From the IMG/VR virus record IMGVR_UViG_3300029305_005724, positions 64,001 to 128,000 of that record: a stretch of 64,000 nt of DNA, one strand, 5' to 3'. The notes beneath the pieces are model-generated. The model had not been told where the DNA came from and did no database searches. It saw nothing but the letters and a program-made list of their open reading frames with translations. The translations under genes were made by a program, and so were the position numbers. The DNA comes from a virus. Taxonomy: Duplodnaviria > Caudoviricetes. Positions 50,660-61,500 of this stretch are shown one piece after another (position 1 is the first letter of the stretch; the number at the start of each line of letters is the position of its first letter).

Positions 50660-51235
50660 ATGTTGTTTAAGAATCCTAGAACGCTTCTTTCTGAAGCTGC
50701 AACTGCTGACCTTCTCAATCCTGAGGTTAGCGAGGAAGTAAAGGAAGTTATTAATGACCTCGAGGATGCATTGAGTAACAATGTTGAAGAGGTTAAGGAC
50801 GAGGATAAGACCACTAATGGTGGCATTCCCGTTGTTGCTGAGGCTGTTGCTCTCTTTGAGTCTGCTGCTAATTATGGTAGAGCTCGTTATCTCGTTACTC
50901 TTGAGGACGTTATTGCCGTTAAGGAGAATGAGGGTGAGGTTGCCGCTGCTGCAGATGCTGCTGAGGCAGGTTCGACTGAAGAGCCCACTCCCGAGGAGTG
51001 TGAGGCTAAGGAGCCCTGCGCTACTGATGTAGTTGCAGATATCGCTGCTAAGAATGGTGTTGAGCCCGAGCAGGTTGCTGTTGTAATCACTGCTGAGTCT
51101 GTTAAGTTCCTTGCAGAGACTGCTCTTCTTGAGGCTAAGTGCGGCAAGAAGAATGGTAAGGCTGCTAAGAAGCTTGCTAAGACTAAGAAGGCTGTTGATG
51201 AGCTTACCGGCAAGGTTCAGATGGTTAAGGCTTAA
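50660..51235 (+). CDS. Abundant Ala/Glu-rich head protein
   Basis: Promoter at 50582-50593; high-expression codons; LSEA, VAEA, LFES, LLEA sites; terminator at 51272-51309. Confidence 0.6.
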   Translation: MLFKNPRTLLSEAATADLLNPEVSEEVKEVINDLEDALSNNVEEVKDEDKTTNGGIPVVAEAVALFESAANYGRARYLVTLEDVIAVKENEGEVAAAADAAEAGSTEEPTPEECEAKEPCATDVVADIAAKNGVEPEQVAVVITAESVKFLAETALLEAKCGKKNGKAAKKLAKTKKAVDELTGKVQMVKA

Positions 51236-51389
51236 TCATTATCCTATTTAAAAATTTTAATTAAATGATTGAAGAGACGTCAGAATATCTGACGTCTCTT
51301 TTTCTTTTTATAACCCGTTTTGGTTGCATATTATATGAATGAAAACAGAAAAATAAATTAATAAAATCTAAATGAAAGGAGAAACCAAA

Positions 51390-52130
51390 ATGATAATCAA
51401 TTTATTCTGTGATGCGTCTATTGAGCTAGAGAAGAAAATTGCCTGTGGAGGCACATACATCATGGCTCAAATGGATGATGGTTCTATCCAAGAAATTGGA
51501 TTCAGAAGGGCTCTTCAGCTTCATGCTACAAATAACTCTTCTGAAATTTTAGCAATATGGCTTGGCGTTGTTGAGGCTTTAAAGCTTCGAAATATATACC
51601 CAAATGCTGTATTTCGACTATTCTCTGATTCTAAAATTTCGTTATATGGATTAAGAGATTGGATGAAGTACTGGATTGCAAATATGAAAGAAGATGGAAT
51701 ACTTATCTCATCATCTGGCAAACCAGTAATGAATCAACAAAGATTCATCGATATCTACAATATTATTGTAGAAAATAATCTGCATATTGAACTGTATCAT
51801 CAAAGAGGTCATGTCGGAGAATCTGGCAAGACTAGCTTGGATCAGGCTAGAGTGCAGTTTATTAGAGCCAATAAAGTAACCCCAGAAGCATTAGGATTGA
51901 GCATAGAATTCATTAGTCAATGTAATTCGAAAGTTGATAATTTGACTAGACAAGCGGTTCGATCTTATGTTTTTCATCATTCTATTCTACCTAATACAGA
52001 AGTAGAAAGAGTTGTACCAATGGATATGGCTATCAAGGATAATATGCTGCATCAATATATTCGATGTATCAATAAGAGTTCTCTTGAAGGCCTAACCAGA
52101 CATGATTTTAAGGGAGGCTATAATCAATGA
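51390..52130 (+). CDS. rnhA: Ribonuclease HI
   Basis: FCDAS, TNNSSE, FSDS, HQRGH, NSKVD; early-type promoter at 51321-51342. Confidence 0.85.
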   Translation: MIINLFCDASIELEKKIACGGTYIMAQMDDGSIQEIGFRRALQLHATNNSSEILAIWLGVVEALKLRNIYPNAVFRLFSDSKISLYGLRDWMKYWIANMKEDGILISSSGKPVMNQQRFIDIYNIIVENNLHIELYHQRGHVGESGKTSLDQARVQFIRANKVTPEALGLSIEFISQCNSKVDNLTRQAVRSYVFHHSILPNTEVERVVPMDMAIKDNMLHQYIRCINKSSLEGLTRHDFKGGYNQ

Positions 52131-52642
52131 ATGTAAAACTAAATAGTACAGAAGAACCTGTATTAAACAGCTTCGATTCTAGTAGCAAACCAAAGATTTA
52201 TGGCGAAATTTATTCTGCCAATTATCGAGAAAGAATTCAAGCATCTGCTAGATTCTTAAAGAATGACCCATCAGTGGAAGGAGAAAAGAATGTAATAGAA
52301 CGAAAAAATCTTATTACAGGGGCAATCTCTTCCACAATAACAAATTTGATTGTACATGCGGTAAGGCACTCGGATCCAAGTGGAGCAAGTGATATACTTA
52401 CTCTTAATCCAATTGTAACAGAAACATTTACAAATCTCAAAAAGGTAATTTATCTCATTGTGCAAAATATTGATGCGCATCATGGGGTTGTTTACGAAAG
52501 CAATATTGATGATAAGATTGAGCTCCTTAGCATCTATATTGAAAACCTTCTCGAAATTATGAATGTTAATAAAGATGCACCTCAGATTAAGGATCTTGAT
52601 ATTTGCATTAAAACCATTCATGAAGAATTCCAAATTTTCTAA
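52127..52642 (+). CDS. Hypothetical protein
   Basis: ATGA-coupled to the RNase H gene; GGAGG RBS. Confidence 0.75.
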   Translation: MNVKLNSTEEPVLNSFDSSSKPKIYGEIYSANYRERIQASARFLKNDPSVEGEKNVIERKNLITGAISSTITNLIVHAVRHSDPSGASDILTLNPIVTETFTNLKKVIYLIVQNIDAHHGVVYESNIDDKIELLSIYIENLLEIMNVNKDAPQIKDLDICIKTIHEEFQIF

Positions 52643-52697
52643 TTTAGGAGTTGATTAGATATTATATATTTGGAATAAATAGCAAAGGAGAATATTT

Positions 52698-53846
52698 ATG
52701 CTTAATATGAACAGTCCGACAGTTCAGGCAATGCTTAATAATACTCCACAAGGGTTTGGAAACATGCCCGTGTATTATGGAGCTTCCCCAGCTGTCAGTC
52801 AGCAACAAGTTTCTCAGCCTACAGGAATGCCTTACCCTTCTCCGAAGGAAATGCTTTCACAAGGCGGTGAACAAATGATTTATAGCCCAACAAGTTTTGC
52901 TCCGCAAAATATTGTTGGAGGTTACAATCCTGGTTTTCAAGCAGCATTTGCTGAATATAGTAATCCTTATTTAGACTATCAGCAAGGACTCTATGGAGGA
53001 TATCCTAGTTTTGGTGGTTATGGTGGAATATATCCATATATGCAGCCCATGGATGATGATGCAAGAGAAAGACTTGCAATGGCAATATTCAACGGATTAA
53101 CTTATGATGAGCAACTTGAGTTAGAATCCGATCTTTACAAAACGATTTCCAAAATTGTTAGTCGAAATCTCGGAAGAGATGAAAAAGAAGCACGTGAATG
53201 TGAAAAAGCATTCGATATTATCAATAAATATCCGGTTATTGAGGAAGATTTTAGTCAGCAAAAAACTTTTAAACCTTTACATGTACAAGTCATGATTGGT
53301 GATGAGGTTGTAGCAGACATGAAACCGGAGAATGTACAACTTCGTCACCAAGATTACCAGCGTAATGCTATGTATGTTGAACAGATGAAGTACAGGCATA
53401 CTTTCAATGAAACAAATATGGCTATTTATCGGAATACCTTATTTGATCAAGCTCCTGAAAGAATGTTTGATAAAACAGACATGATGAATCTCTTTAATGA
53501 TGGTATTGGTGCAATTCTAGCACAAGATAAAGTACAGGAAATGTATATTCAAAGTGCACAAAGAGCAGCTCAAGTCTATAATAGAGATTCCTTTAGAGAG
53601 AGACTTTTCAAGAATAATGGCGTAAGAACCAGATCTAAAATGAAAGCTCTTGAACGCTATGCTGGGCGTTATGGTATTATGCCAGACGGCAGACCAGTAA
53701 GTCCTGGACATGATCCTGCAGTAGCTGATAGCTTCTCGTATAATCCACAAACTGGGCAGTATACTGTTACAGCTCCAAACTTTATGCGAGATAGACTAGA
53801 ACGAGCTCGCGAATCGTTTATTAGATCTATCGATAGCAGCACATAA
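52698..53846 (+). CDS. Early protein with Q/P/G/Y low-complexity N-terminus
   Basis: Early-type promoter at 52652-52673; AAGGAG RBS. Confidence 0.75.
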   Translation: MLNMNSPTVQAMLNNTPQGFGNMPVYYGASPAVSQQQVSQPTGMPYPSPKEMLSQGGEQMIYSPTSFAPQNIVGGYNPGFQAAFAEYSNPYLDYQQGLYGGYPSFGGYGGIYPYMQPMDDDARERLAMAIFNGLTYDEQLELESDLYKTISKIVSRNLGRDEKEARECEKAFDIINKYPVIEEDFSQQKTFKPLHVQVMIGDEVVADMKPENVQLRHQDYQRNAMYVEQMKYRHTFNETNMAIYRNTLFDQAPERMFDKTDMMNLFNDGIGAILAQDKVQEMYIQSAQRAAQVYNRDSFRERLFKNNGVRTRSKMKALERYAGRYGIMPDGRPVSPGHDPAVADSFSYNPQTGQYTVTAPNFMRDRLERARESFIRSIDSST

Positions 53847-53860
53847 GGAGGTGATACGCT

Positions 53861-55315
53861 ATGGCTAAAATAGATGTATTGGACATCTTAAGAGCAAAAA
53901 AGCAATCTCCTGCTGAATTTGAATTCGATAATCTGTGGATTCCACCAATATGGAATTATTTAACACCACAAGATATCGAAAGATTAAGATCTATTGCAAC
54001 ATCTGTCAGATTATCTTCTAAAATAGAATTAAAGTATAAAATGATAGATGACATTATGAGACCTAGAGGATTTAAAAGATTCTCTGCAGGTACAAACCGA
54101 ATTGTCTATAGCTTTCTAGAAGATACAAGATTTCTAGTTAAAATAGCTGTAGATAAAGTTGGAATGCAAGACAATCCAATGGAATATCAAACTCAATTTC
54201 TGTTGAAGCCTTATGTGACGAAGATGTTTTATATTTCGCCATGTGGAACTGTAGGCTTCTCGGAACGAGTTCTGCCAATTAAGAATAAAGCAGAATTTAG
54301 AGAAATAGCCGAAGATGTGTTCGAAATATTAGTAAATAAAATCCTTGGAGAATACGTCGTAGAAGATGTTGGAACAAAGTATTTTATGAACTGGGGTATA
54401 AGAGCTGGCTTCGGGCCTGTATTATTAGATTCTCCATATGTATATAAATTAGATGGTAAGAAACTCTTTTGTACAAAAGAGGACCCCATCACACATATGC
54501 CATGTAATGGAGAAATCGATTATGATGCAGGATTCAATCATTTAGTTTGTGCTAGATGTGGGAAAATATATCTAGCAACAGATTTAAAGGATAATGACAA
54601 TACAAACAAGATTATAATCAAAGGAGGATCTGAAATGAAAGTAAGTATCAAAAGAGGAGATGAAGTAATTTATTCTTCTATTTCCACAAAAGAGGTTATC
54701 GAAAAACCCGCCTCTCCTAAGACAAGTGGTTTGATCAAGGTTTCTATCGGTGGCGGATCTAAGTCAGTTGCCGAGGAAAAAAAGATTTCCAATGAAAGTG
54801 GCATTAAAGCTACTATTGGAAAGAAGGATGAATCCTCTAATATTCAGCCTAATAGAGCTGCTAATGGAAGATTCGTATCGAAAAATACAAATAAGAACAC
54901 AGCCAAGACTACATCTTCCCCCAAGAAGGCTGAAGCAAAGACTGTAGTCGAAGAAGCTAAGGAAGAGACTGCTCAGGAGTTTATCTTTGAAGATGACACA
55001 AAGGTAAATGATGAAGTAGAAGTAGCAGTTCCCGAAGTAGCAACTGATGTTGCTACTGCTGAAGAAACTAATCTTGATTTCGAAGTTGATGAAGATGACT
55101 CTGATGAAGATGATACTTCTGATGCTGAAGAATCTAATTCCGGCACTTTTAGTTCCGATGACACTGACGATTACTCTATGTATGATGACGATGAAATGTT
55201 TGCCGGAACCCGTACTCCTATTCGTAGATCTAACAAGAGATCTTCTGATGGAGAAGGATCCAGATCTTCTTCCTATAAGAAAGGCAGCTCAAGCAAAGTT
55301 TCTAAGAAGAAGTAA
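53861..55315 (+). CDS. Protein-kinase-like domain, Zn ribbon and acidic tail
   Basis: SAGTNRIVY, LVKIA, DNPME, EDVG..MNWG, VLLD; C-x-C...CARC. Confidence 0.55.
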   Translation: MAKIDVLDILRAKKQSPAEFEFDNLWIPPIWNYLTPQDIERLRSIATSVRLSSKIELKYKMIDDIMRPRGFKRFSAGTNRIVYSFLEDTRFLVKIAVDKVGMQDNPMEYQTQFLLKPYVTKMFYISPCGTVGFSERVLPIKNKAEFREIAEDVFEILVNKILGEYVVEDVGTKYFMNWGIRAGFGPVLLDSPYVYKLDGKKLFCTKEDPITHMPCNGEIDYDAGFNHLVCARCGKIYLATDLKDNDNTNKIIIKGGSEMKVSIKRGDEVIYSSISTKEVIEKPASPKTSGLIKVSIGGGSKSVAEEKKISNESGIKATIGKKDESSNIQPNRAANGRFVSKNTNKNTAKTTSSPKKAEAKTVVEEAKEETAQEFIFEDDTKVNDEVEVAVPEVATDVATAEETNLDFEVDEDDSDEDDTSDAEESNSGTFSSDDTDDYSMYDDDEMFAGTRTPIRRSNKRSSDGEGSRSSSYKKGSSSKVSKKK

Positions 55316-55326
55316 GGAGAATCATT

Positions 55327-55983
55327 ATGGCAAATTATCCAATGAATATTTGGGTAATAAATGAAAGTGAGTTCGATAGGTTTACGTTCACCGGCGGTAA
55401 GATTGTCTATATCGCCGATGAACCAGAACCAAAATTTAGAACTCATCCGGCTATCACAACAGCCGGAGCTTTATTGCCTCCATTCGAAGCAATCCAAGCG
55501 GAACTTGATGGCAATATATTTGAATCGAATGCAATGTATCAGCAATACCTTCAAAGAGAGGATGCAGATATATATGTATCAATTTTAATAGCAGCAGCCG
55601 TTAAACAAATTCCAATTGGAATAATGTTTGGTAGAGACGAGTTGAATATGCAGTTCCCAAAAATGTTTATAGACTATCTCTATCAATTTTATGGATTGGT
55701 CCTTGGCATTGATGGTAAAGTACAGCCATATATCGAAGAGGCAGCATTGCCTTTAGATTTGGCCAAGCTTTATAATATGAATATCATTGACTATCCGGCA
55801 TTCTTAGAGAAGCATCCACCGCTTCCAATTCATCCATCCGCAATCTCGAAATTAGCATATGAGCAGAATCCTGCTATAAAACAAAAAGATTTTGAGCATT
55901 ATGCAAAATATTTTGAAGATGCAAAACAGGCGGTTTACAAAAATGGTGGAAAATTCCTCGTAGACCCGCTAGTAGGAATATGA
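55327..55983 (+). CDS. Hypothetical protein
   Basis: AAGGAG RBS, operonic. Confidence 0.75.
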   Translation: MANYPMNIWVINESEFDRFTFTGGKIVYIADEPEPKFRTHPAITTAGALLPPFEAIQAELDGNIFESNAMYQQYLQREDADIYVSILIAAAVKQIPIGIMFGRDELNMQFPKMFIDYLYQFYGLVLGIDGKVQPYIEEAALPLDLAKLYNMNIIDYPAFLEKHPPLPIHPSAISKLAYEQNPAIKQKDFEHYAKYFEDAKQAVYKNGGKFLVDPLVGI

Positions 55984-56489
55984 TAATTTTTACACCTATA
56001 CGAATTATACCTGTTGAGATGCTTGAATATAAAGGAATAAGACAGGTTGTTACGTACAACCTGTCTTCTTACTTTAGCGATGTTCCAACTCTCAATATGC
56101 TTATTCCGTCAACAGCTTATATTCCAGAGGAGAGTCTGGCTGGAGATTGTGATTTCCCAAGCTTTGATATCAGTTATCATAAGTATCTTATTGAAAATAA
56201 TAATGCATTTATGCAGCTGATGAATATCATTATACCAGCATATCAATCTCCAGAAACACTTGTTCAAATTCTTGTAAATGATTCTCCATTTAGAGAAGCG
56301 TTTCAAGAATCTCTAATCAAACTTATTCAGCAACGATATGGTTACAATGTTTGTCGAGTAAACGAGATTGAAGATTTTATTTATGCTGAAGAATCAGACT
56401 TTAGCATACCTGGATTATTTACTTTGGATCAGGATATTGCTAGATGGCATACAATGGTTCCACTAGAAAGTGGTGATCCTTATGAATGA
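55980..56489 (+). CDS. Hypothetical protein
   Basis: ATGA overlap with the previous gene. Confidence 0.75.
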   Translation: MIIFTPIRIIPVEMLEYKGIRQVVTYNLSSYFSDVPTLNMLIPSTAYIPEESLAGDCDFPSFDISYHKYLIENNNAFMQLMNIIIPAYQSPETLVQILVNDSPFREAFQESLIKLIQQRYGYNVCRVNEIEDFIYAEESDFSIPGLFTLDQDIARWHTMVPLESGDPYE

Positions 56490-57291
56490 TTTATGGCAAA
56501 AAATTAATTATCGAGCTCCTGTTCAGTATATTATAGATATGACTATACGGGAGTTCGATATAACTAAAGCAAATATTAGTGTTTTACGAGATGCTAATGT
56601 AATTACCGAAGAGTTGTATCAATATTTATACAGAGCTCCAAAACAAGAAAGATCTGTATATATTGGTAAGCTAGAAGGAAAACATCCAGAAATTGTGCCA
56701 GTTCTTAAAAGTGGAATCGAGAAAGCTAGACGAACTTTTATAGAAACTAATGGCATAGAAACTAATGAAGTTTTAGCTATAAGAAATGACGCTATTATGG
56801 TTATTGGCGATAGGCCTATTTCAAATCTCCAAATGACTGATAGAGTTGCATTTCGATTAGCAGCTGCTTATAGATCTTTTTATAAATTAGATTATATGGA
56901 TTTCTTTTATAATTATGATCTTATTACTCGTACTGAAGTTTTAGATATAAAAGGATTAAGTGATGAATCTATTAAACTTCATAAGCAATTTATGCTAGAT
57001 TTTCTAGCTGAACTTTTCTATACGGCTCAGATTGAAGACTGTAAGGGAGCTATAAGCATTTTAAACAATTTTTATAAACAATTTATCAATAAAGAATTAG
57101 ATATAGGATTCTATAGAGAGTTGAATTCTCAATCTCAATTCAGATTTGTAAATTCAATGACTTCTGTTGGTAGATTGTATTCTGACAATTGTTCAAACTA
57201 TGATAAGAAATATATAGACTTATCATGTAATGCGAATATATTAAGGCAACTAAACAGGATGTATTCTAGAGTCTATTTTAACAAAAGATGA
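56482..57291 (+). CDS. Small DNA-polymerase-palm-like protein
   Basis: REFDITKANISVL (motif A-like) and AIRNDAI (motif C-like). Confidence 0.45.
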   Translation: MNDLWQKINYRAPVQYIIDMTIREFDITKANISVLRDANVITEELYQYLYRAPKQERSVYIGKLEGKHPEIVPVLKSGIEKARRTFIETNGIETNEVLAIRNDAIMVIGDRPISNLQMTDRVAFRLAAAYRSFYKLDYMDFFYNYDLITRTEVLDIKGLSDESIKLHKQFMLDFLAELFYTAQIEDCKGAISILNNFYKQFINKELDIGFYRELNSQSQFRFVNSMTSVGRLYSDNCSNYDKKYIDLSCNANILRQLNRMYSRVYFNKR

Positions 57292-57328
57292 AGCCACAAG
57301 CTGTTTATGCTTGTGGCTTTATTTTTTT

Positions 57329-57793
57329 TTAATTTGCTTCTTCATCGGCCATAAACTTGCTGTTATGCTCAACAACATAATCCATTACCTGGATATAAAT
57401 TTTATCAGCAAGAACTTCAGCGATGTTTTCAATATTATAGAATAGAGAAATTTTATCAAGCGATGCAGAAGAGATTCTAGCAGAAACAATCTTTACAACA
57501 TCATTTCGAATTTCTATTTCACGATCTTCCTTGATATACCCTTCTTCCATCGGCTCCAAGTGTTTAATCCGATAATCTTTGAAACACTCAGAAATAATTA
57601 TGTCTAAAAGTTCTGGGATGCTCTTATCAATTTGAGAATTTACATTGATATTATATAGTGTAATTTCCTCAAGCTTTTTTCTATGTTTATTATTCAAGAG
57701 AATAACAACCGTAGCTAACGCTATCATAGTAAGTAGAAAAACTCCTACCATGATACAGATCACAATAAACTCATAATTTGGCACAATATTCAC
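57329..57793 (-). CDS. Membrane-anchored protein
   Basis: N-terminal hydrophobic helix FIVICIMVGVFLLTMIALATVVILL followed by basic residues. Confidence 0.65.
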   Translation of the reverse strand: MNIVPNYEFIVICIMVGVFLLTMIALATVVILLNNKHRKKLEEITLYNINVNSQIDKSIPELLDIIISECFKDYRIKHLEPMEEGYIKEDREIEIRNDVVKIVSARISSASLDKISLFYNIENIAEVLADKIYIQVMDYVVEHNSKFMADEEAN

Positions 57794-58439
57794 TCCATTC
57801 TTTTATTTGTTCCCTCAGTTGTAGTAGACCAGCATCATCGCTCTTGCCTTGCTCTATAGCTTTCTTTAAATAATAGAGTAACTTGAATGCAACATCCTGA
57901 GTCAATCCATATCTATATTTCTCAAGCAACCTAGGCCAGTTTCCAAAACACATGCTAGGATGTATAAAGAACTGGTTTGGATTATTATGATAAACTTGAT
58001 GTGGTGTTTTAGACAGCATTACAAGTGCAATATTATTTGCTTTATGCTCTTCTTTCAAAGCTTGAACAATATCAAATGTGGTTACATAACCTACAGTATT
58101 TAATAAATGTTCCGTAATTAGTAGACATATATCAAATAGGGTTAAAATGGCGTGATGCATTTCAATATCCACGCCTTCCATATCAGTATGAATGAAACCA
58201 TGAACTTGGCACCTATCCATTCCTAAACCAATTAAAAATCCTTTATAATTGCTATAAGTGGTAGAGTGTCTGAATCTTTGTTCGCAGTTTTTCAAGAATA
58301 CTCTATATGTATCTATATCCATTAGACTTTCTCTTGTTTGATAAAAACTGATAGAAAAGGTGCTATTCGGACTAGTTATAATAGGATTCATATTCTCTTG
58401 ATAAGATTCGATCCCAGGAAAAGGATTATAATTTTCCAT
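57771..58439 (-). CDS. HNH-like protein, paralog of 49799
   Basis: IEMHHAILTLFDIC...LVMLSKTPHQVYH; promoter at 58466-58477. Confidence 0.55.
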   Translation of the reverse strand: MENYNPFPGIESYQENMNPIITSPNSTFSISFYQTRESLMDIDTYRVFLKNCEQRFRHSTTYSNYKGFLIGLGMDRCQVHGFIHTDMEGVDIEMHHAILTLFDICLLITEHLLNTVGYVTTFDIVQALKEEHKANNIALVMLSKTPHQVYHNNPNQFFIHPSMCFGNWPRLLEKYRYGLTQDVAFKLLYYLKKAIEQGKSDDAGLLQLREQIKEWSEYCAKL

Positions 58440-58592
58440 CGGTCTAATCCCTCCTTTATATGTATTACTAAGATGTTAACCTGAAAGCTCGATACTCAAT
58501 GGAATTGGGCATATCGGCAATATAAGATGGATAAGTTTAACAGTACTGAATCCACATAATAATAAGAAATTAATTGAGAAAGGGTGAGGTAT

Positions 58593-61500
58593 ATGTCTTT
58601 CGAGATTAGTAAAATATATACAGATAACCCTTATGTCGATGAATTAGTCTATTACACTAAATTACTAGGCATTGGGACTGTTCTAAAAATGCAGGATCAA
58701 GCTGATGCTGCAGAAACTGTTAGCTCGCTTAAGAATGCCGAGCTTTATATTTCGTGCTTAGAAGGCACGGCTATAATGGAAGTATTTCCTAATGATGCAT
58801 TGGTAATGAGAGAGGCTCTGAATAAGGTTGGTATGACATCTGGCGGAGACTTTGGATCCTATGTTGCCAATAAGCAAAATTTTATTGATGACTATAGAAA
58901 AGGAAGAATCTCTAAAGAGGACTATGAAAAAGTAACTCAATATCATAGAGATTATTATATTAATAATTATGAAGAAGAAAATAATTATTATCGTATGCTT
59001 CATGGCCTTCCTAATTTTCCTGTAAAAACTCCAACAGAGTTTGATGATTATGTTGAAGATGATTTGGCAATGCTTATACCAGAAGATGTTTTCGATAATG
59101 CATTTATCACTTTTCAGCTTGAATCTTCTTTTGGAGGAGTAACAAAGCATCTCGGCCCTATTCATAGAATGAACGATTCAGAGATTGCTATATTAAACCA
59201 GTATGGTGTTATTGAAGAGATGATCAAGCTCAAGCCAACTACAAGACAGTATATGAAATATCTTGGTGATAAGAAAATTGATTATTATCTTGCTAGAAAA
59301 GCTTATAGATTTGATCCTCTTTATATACCTACTATTGAATCTGATGAAGTATATAGAATGTATAAGGATAAACTAGATTCGAACAAATTTTATGTTTTAA
59401 GAACAGTATATTCTGAGGCATTTAAATATGGATCGGATTATTATGATAACTTTATTGCAGCTCTCATTGTAATAATTACAATGGTTGATATCATTTCTAG
59501 AGTTCATGAATTTATTGCTAGAAAAGAAATCTTTGATATCAGGTCAGTTGAATATATCTTTGAATCTTATGGTGTACCATTCTTTGAAGAAATTCCGCTA
59601 AAATATCAAACTGCTATGGTTAAAAATATTCATACTCTTTTAAAGTATAAATCCACGTCTAAATGTATGATTGATATATGCTCATTATTTGGATTTGAAA
59701 ATATTCAAATCTTTAAGTATTATCTTCTTAGAGATAGAAAGACAAATCCGGATGGATCATATTTTTATTCTACTAATGAGGATGGAGATCTTACTCATGA
59801 TCCGACTGAAGAGTATGAACTAAGATTTATTAAAGTTCCGCTTGAAGATGACTTTGATCAATATAGCCAGGTATCTACAAATTATCTAGATTATGACGAA
59901 GTTGTTAATCAGGATTCTAAATGGAATGGCGGAGCTGATCATAATGAATTAGTAAAGTCTATTCTTAAAGAAGAGTTTAATGTTGTAAAAACAAAGTATA
60001 TGTCTATCGACACAGTTTATGATGTAACCAAAATGTCGGTACAGCAAAGCTACTTCTTTAATATGCTTTACGATAGTCTTAAATATGAGACATCTATCAA
60101 ACTACAAGTACCTTTTATTGATACTGCAAAAGAATTTGAAGTTGCCGATCTATTTACTTTGCTTACCGTCCTTACTTATCTTACTAATAATATAGAGGAT
60201 ATTATTATGGACACTTCTAGCAAAATTCTTTATGTAAATGGATTCAATTTCAAAGCAGATCTTGCTGCACTAGCTAGCGAAATTGCCAATAAAGAAAATT
60301 ATGGCACAAGTGAGCTATCAAGCTTTCAGAAGCCTGTAAGCTCTATTCCTTCATTCAGTAAAATGATGGATATGTATGTAAATAATATGTCTGTTAGAGA
60401 TACTCTTATTGAAGGAATGAAGAATGCAGACAATCTAACAATTTATAAAATTTATAAAGCATTATATGATTCCCTTATGACAGTTAGGTATACCACTAAT
60501 TATTTCAAGATCAATCCTGTTGAAGTTGATGTTGCAAGCGGTAAACTTATTACATCCCAGGATCGTATAATTAATCCCGTTGAAGATCCTGATCGTTTGA
60601 TAACAGATGCATCTATTATTTCTTCTATTAGAAATGGAAGTTATGCTGGCTCAGATTATTGGGAATCGAATGGTAATTACTACTATTACTACTTTGAAGA
60701 TACAGATAATGGTCGTGTTTATTATGATTATTATCGTAATGAAAAAGGAGTTTATTGTGATTATTATAGAGAAACTATAGACGGAGAAAGAGTCCCCACA
60801 TATAAAGCATATTTGGAGGCTAAAGAATTCGCTATATATGGAGTTATTGCTCAGGCATTGAGCTATACAGATGAAAACTCTAAAAATCAATATATTGCTA
60901 CTGTTATCGATAGCGTTGTTTATGCTATGGAAGAATATATCGATTCTGATCAATTCCAAGCATTATTTGCAAATCTTCCTGCAATGGGAAGCGAGTCTGT
61001 AAAAAGATATATATCTCTAGTTATTGATTTCTATAAATCCTATAAAGTAGATTTCCTTGGGCTGAATACTATTTATACCATGGATGATAAGCATGAAGGA
61101 TTAATAAAGATTATCGATGATATGAGAATAAATGCCATTTTCGATAGACCTGAATTTATTAATATTTGGGAGAAATTTGGAAATGCAATAGTTGGAACTA
61201 CAAAAGATGAGAAGCTAAAACTTCTTGAAAAGTTGTATTTTGATATCTTTACCTTTGTATACTTTGATGGCCAAGTTGGAGACAATCATAGAGATATGCT
61301 TGTTGACGATACGAGAGTGATCAAGAGAGGTAAAAATATTGGTACGACAATTGTATCTGAAAAGATACATGATATCAATATCTTCTTTGAAAAAGAAGAG
61401 GTAATAAAATTACTTACTGACAAATTTGCAAATCTTCTTGTCAGCGTCAATCCTAAATTAAGAGTCGAATTGGTTGAGGCTTTGGTAAAAGTGCTTATAA

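Noticed and set aside
58487-58518. Imperfect hairpin between divergent promoters
   Set aside because: Short and irregular, with no associated promoter-terminator unit
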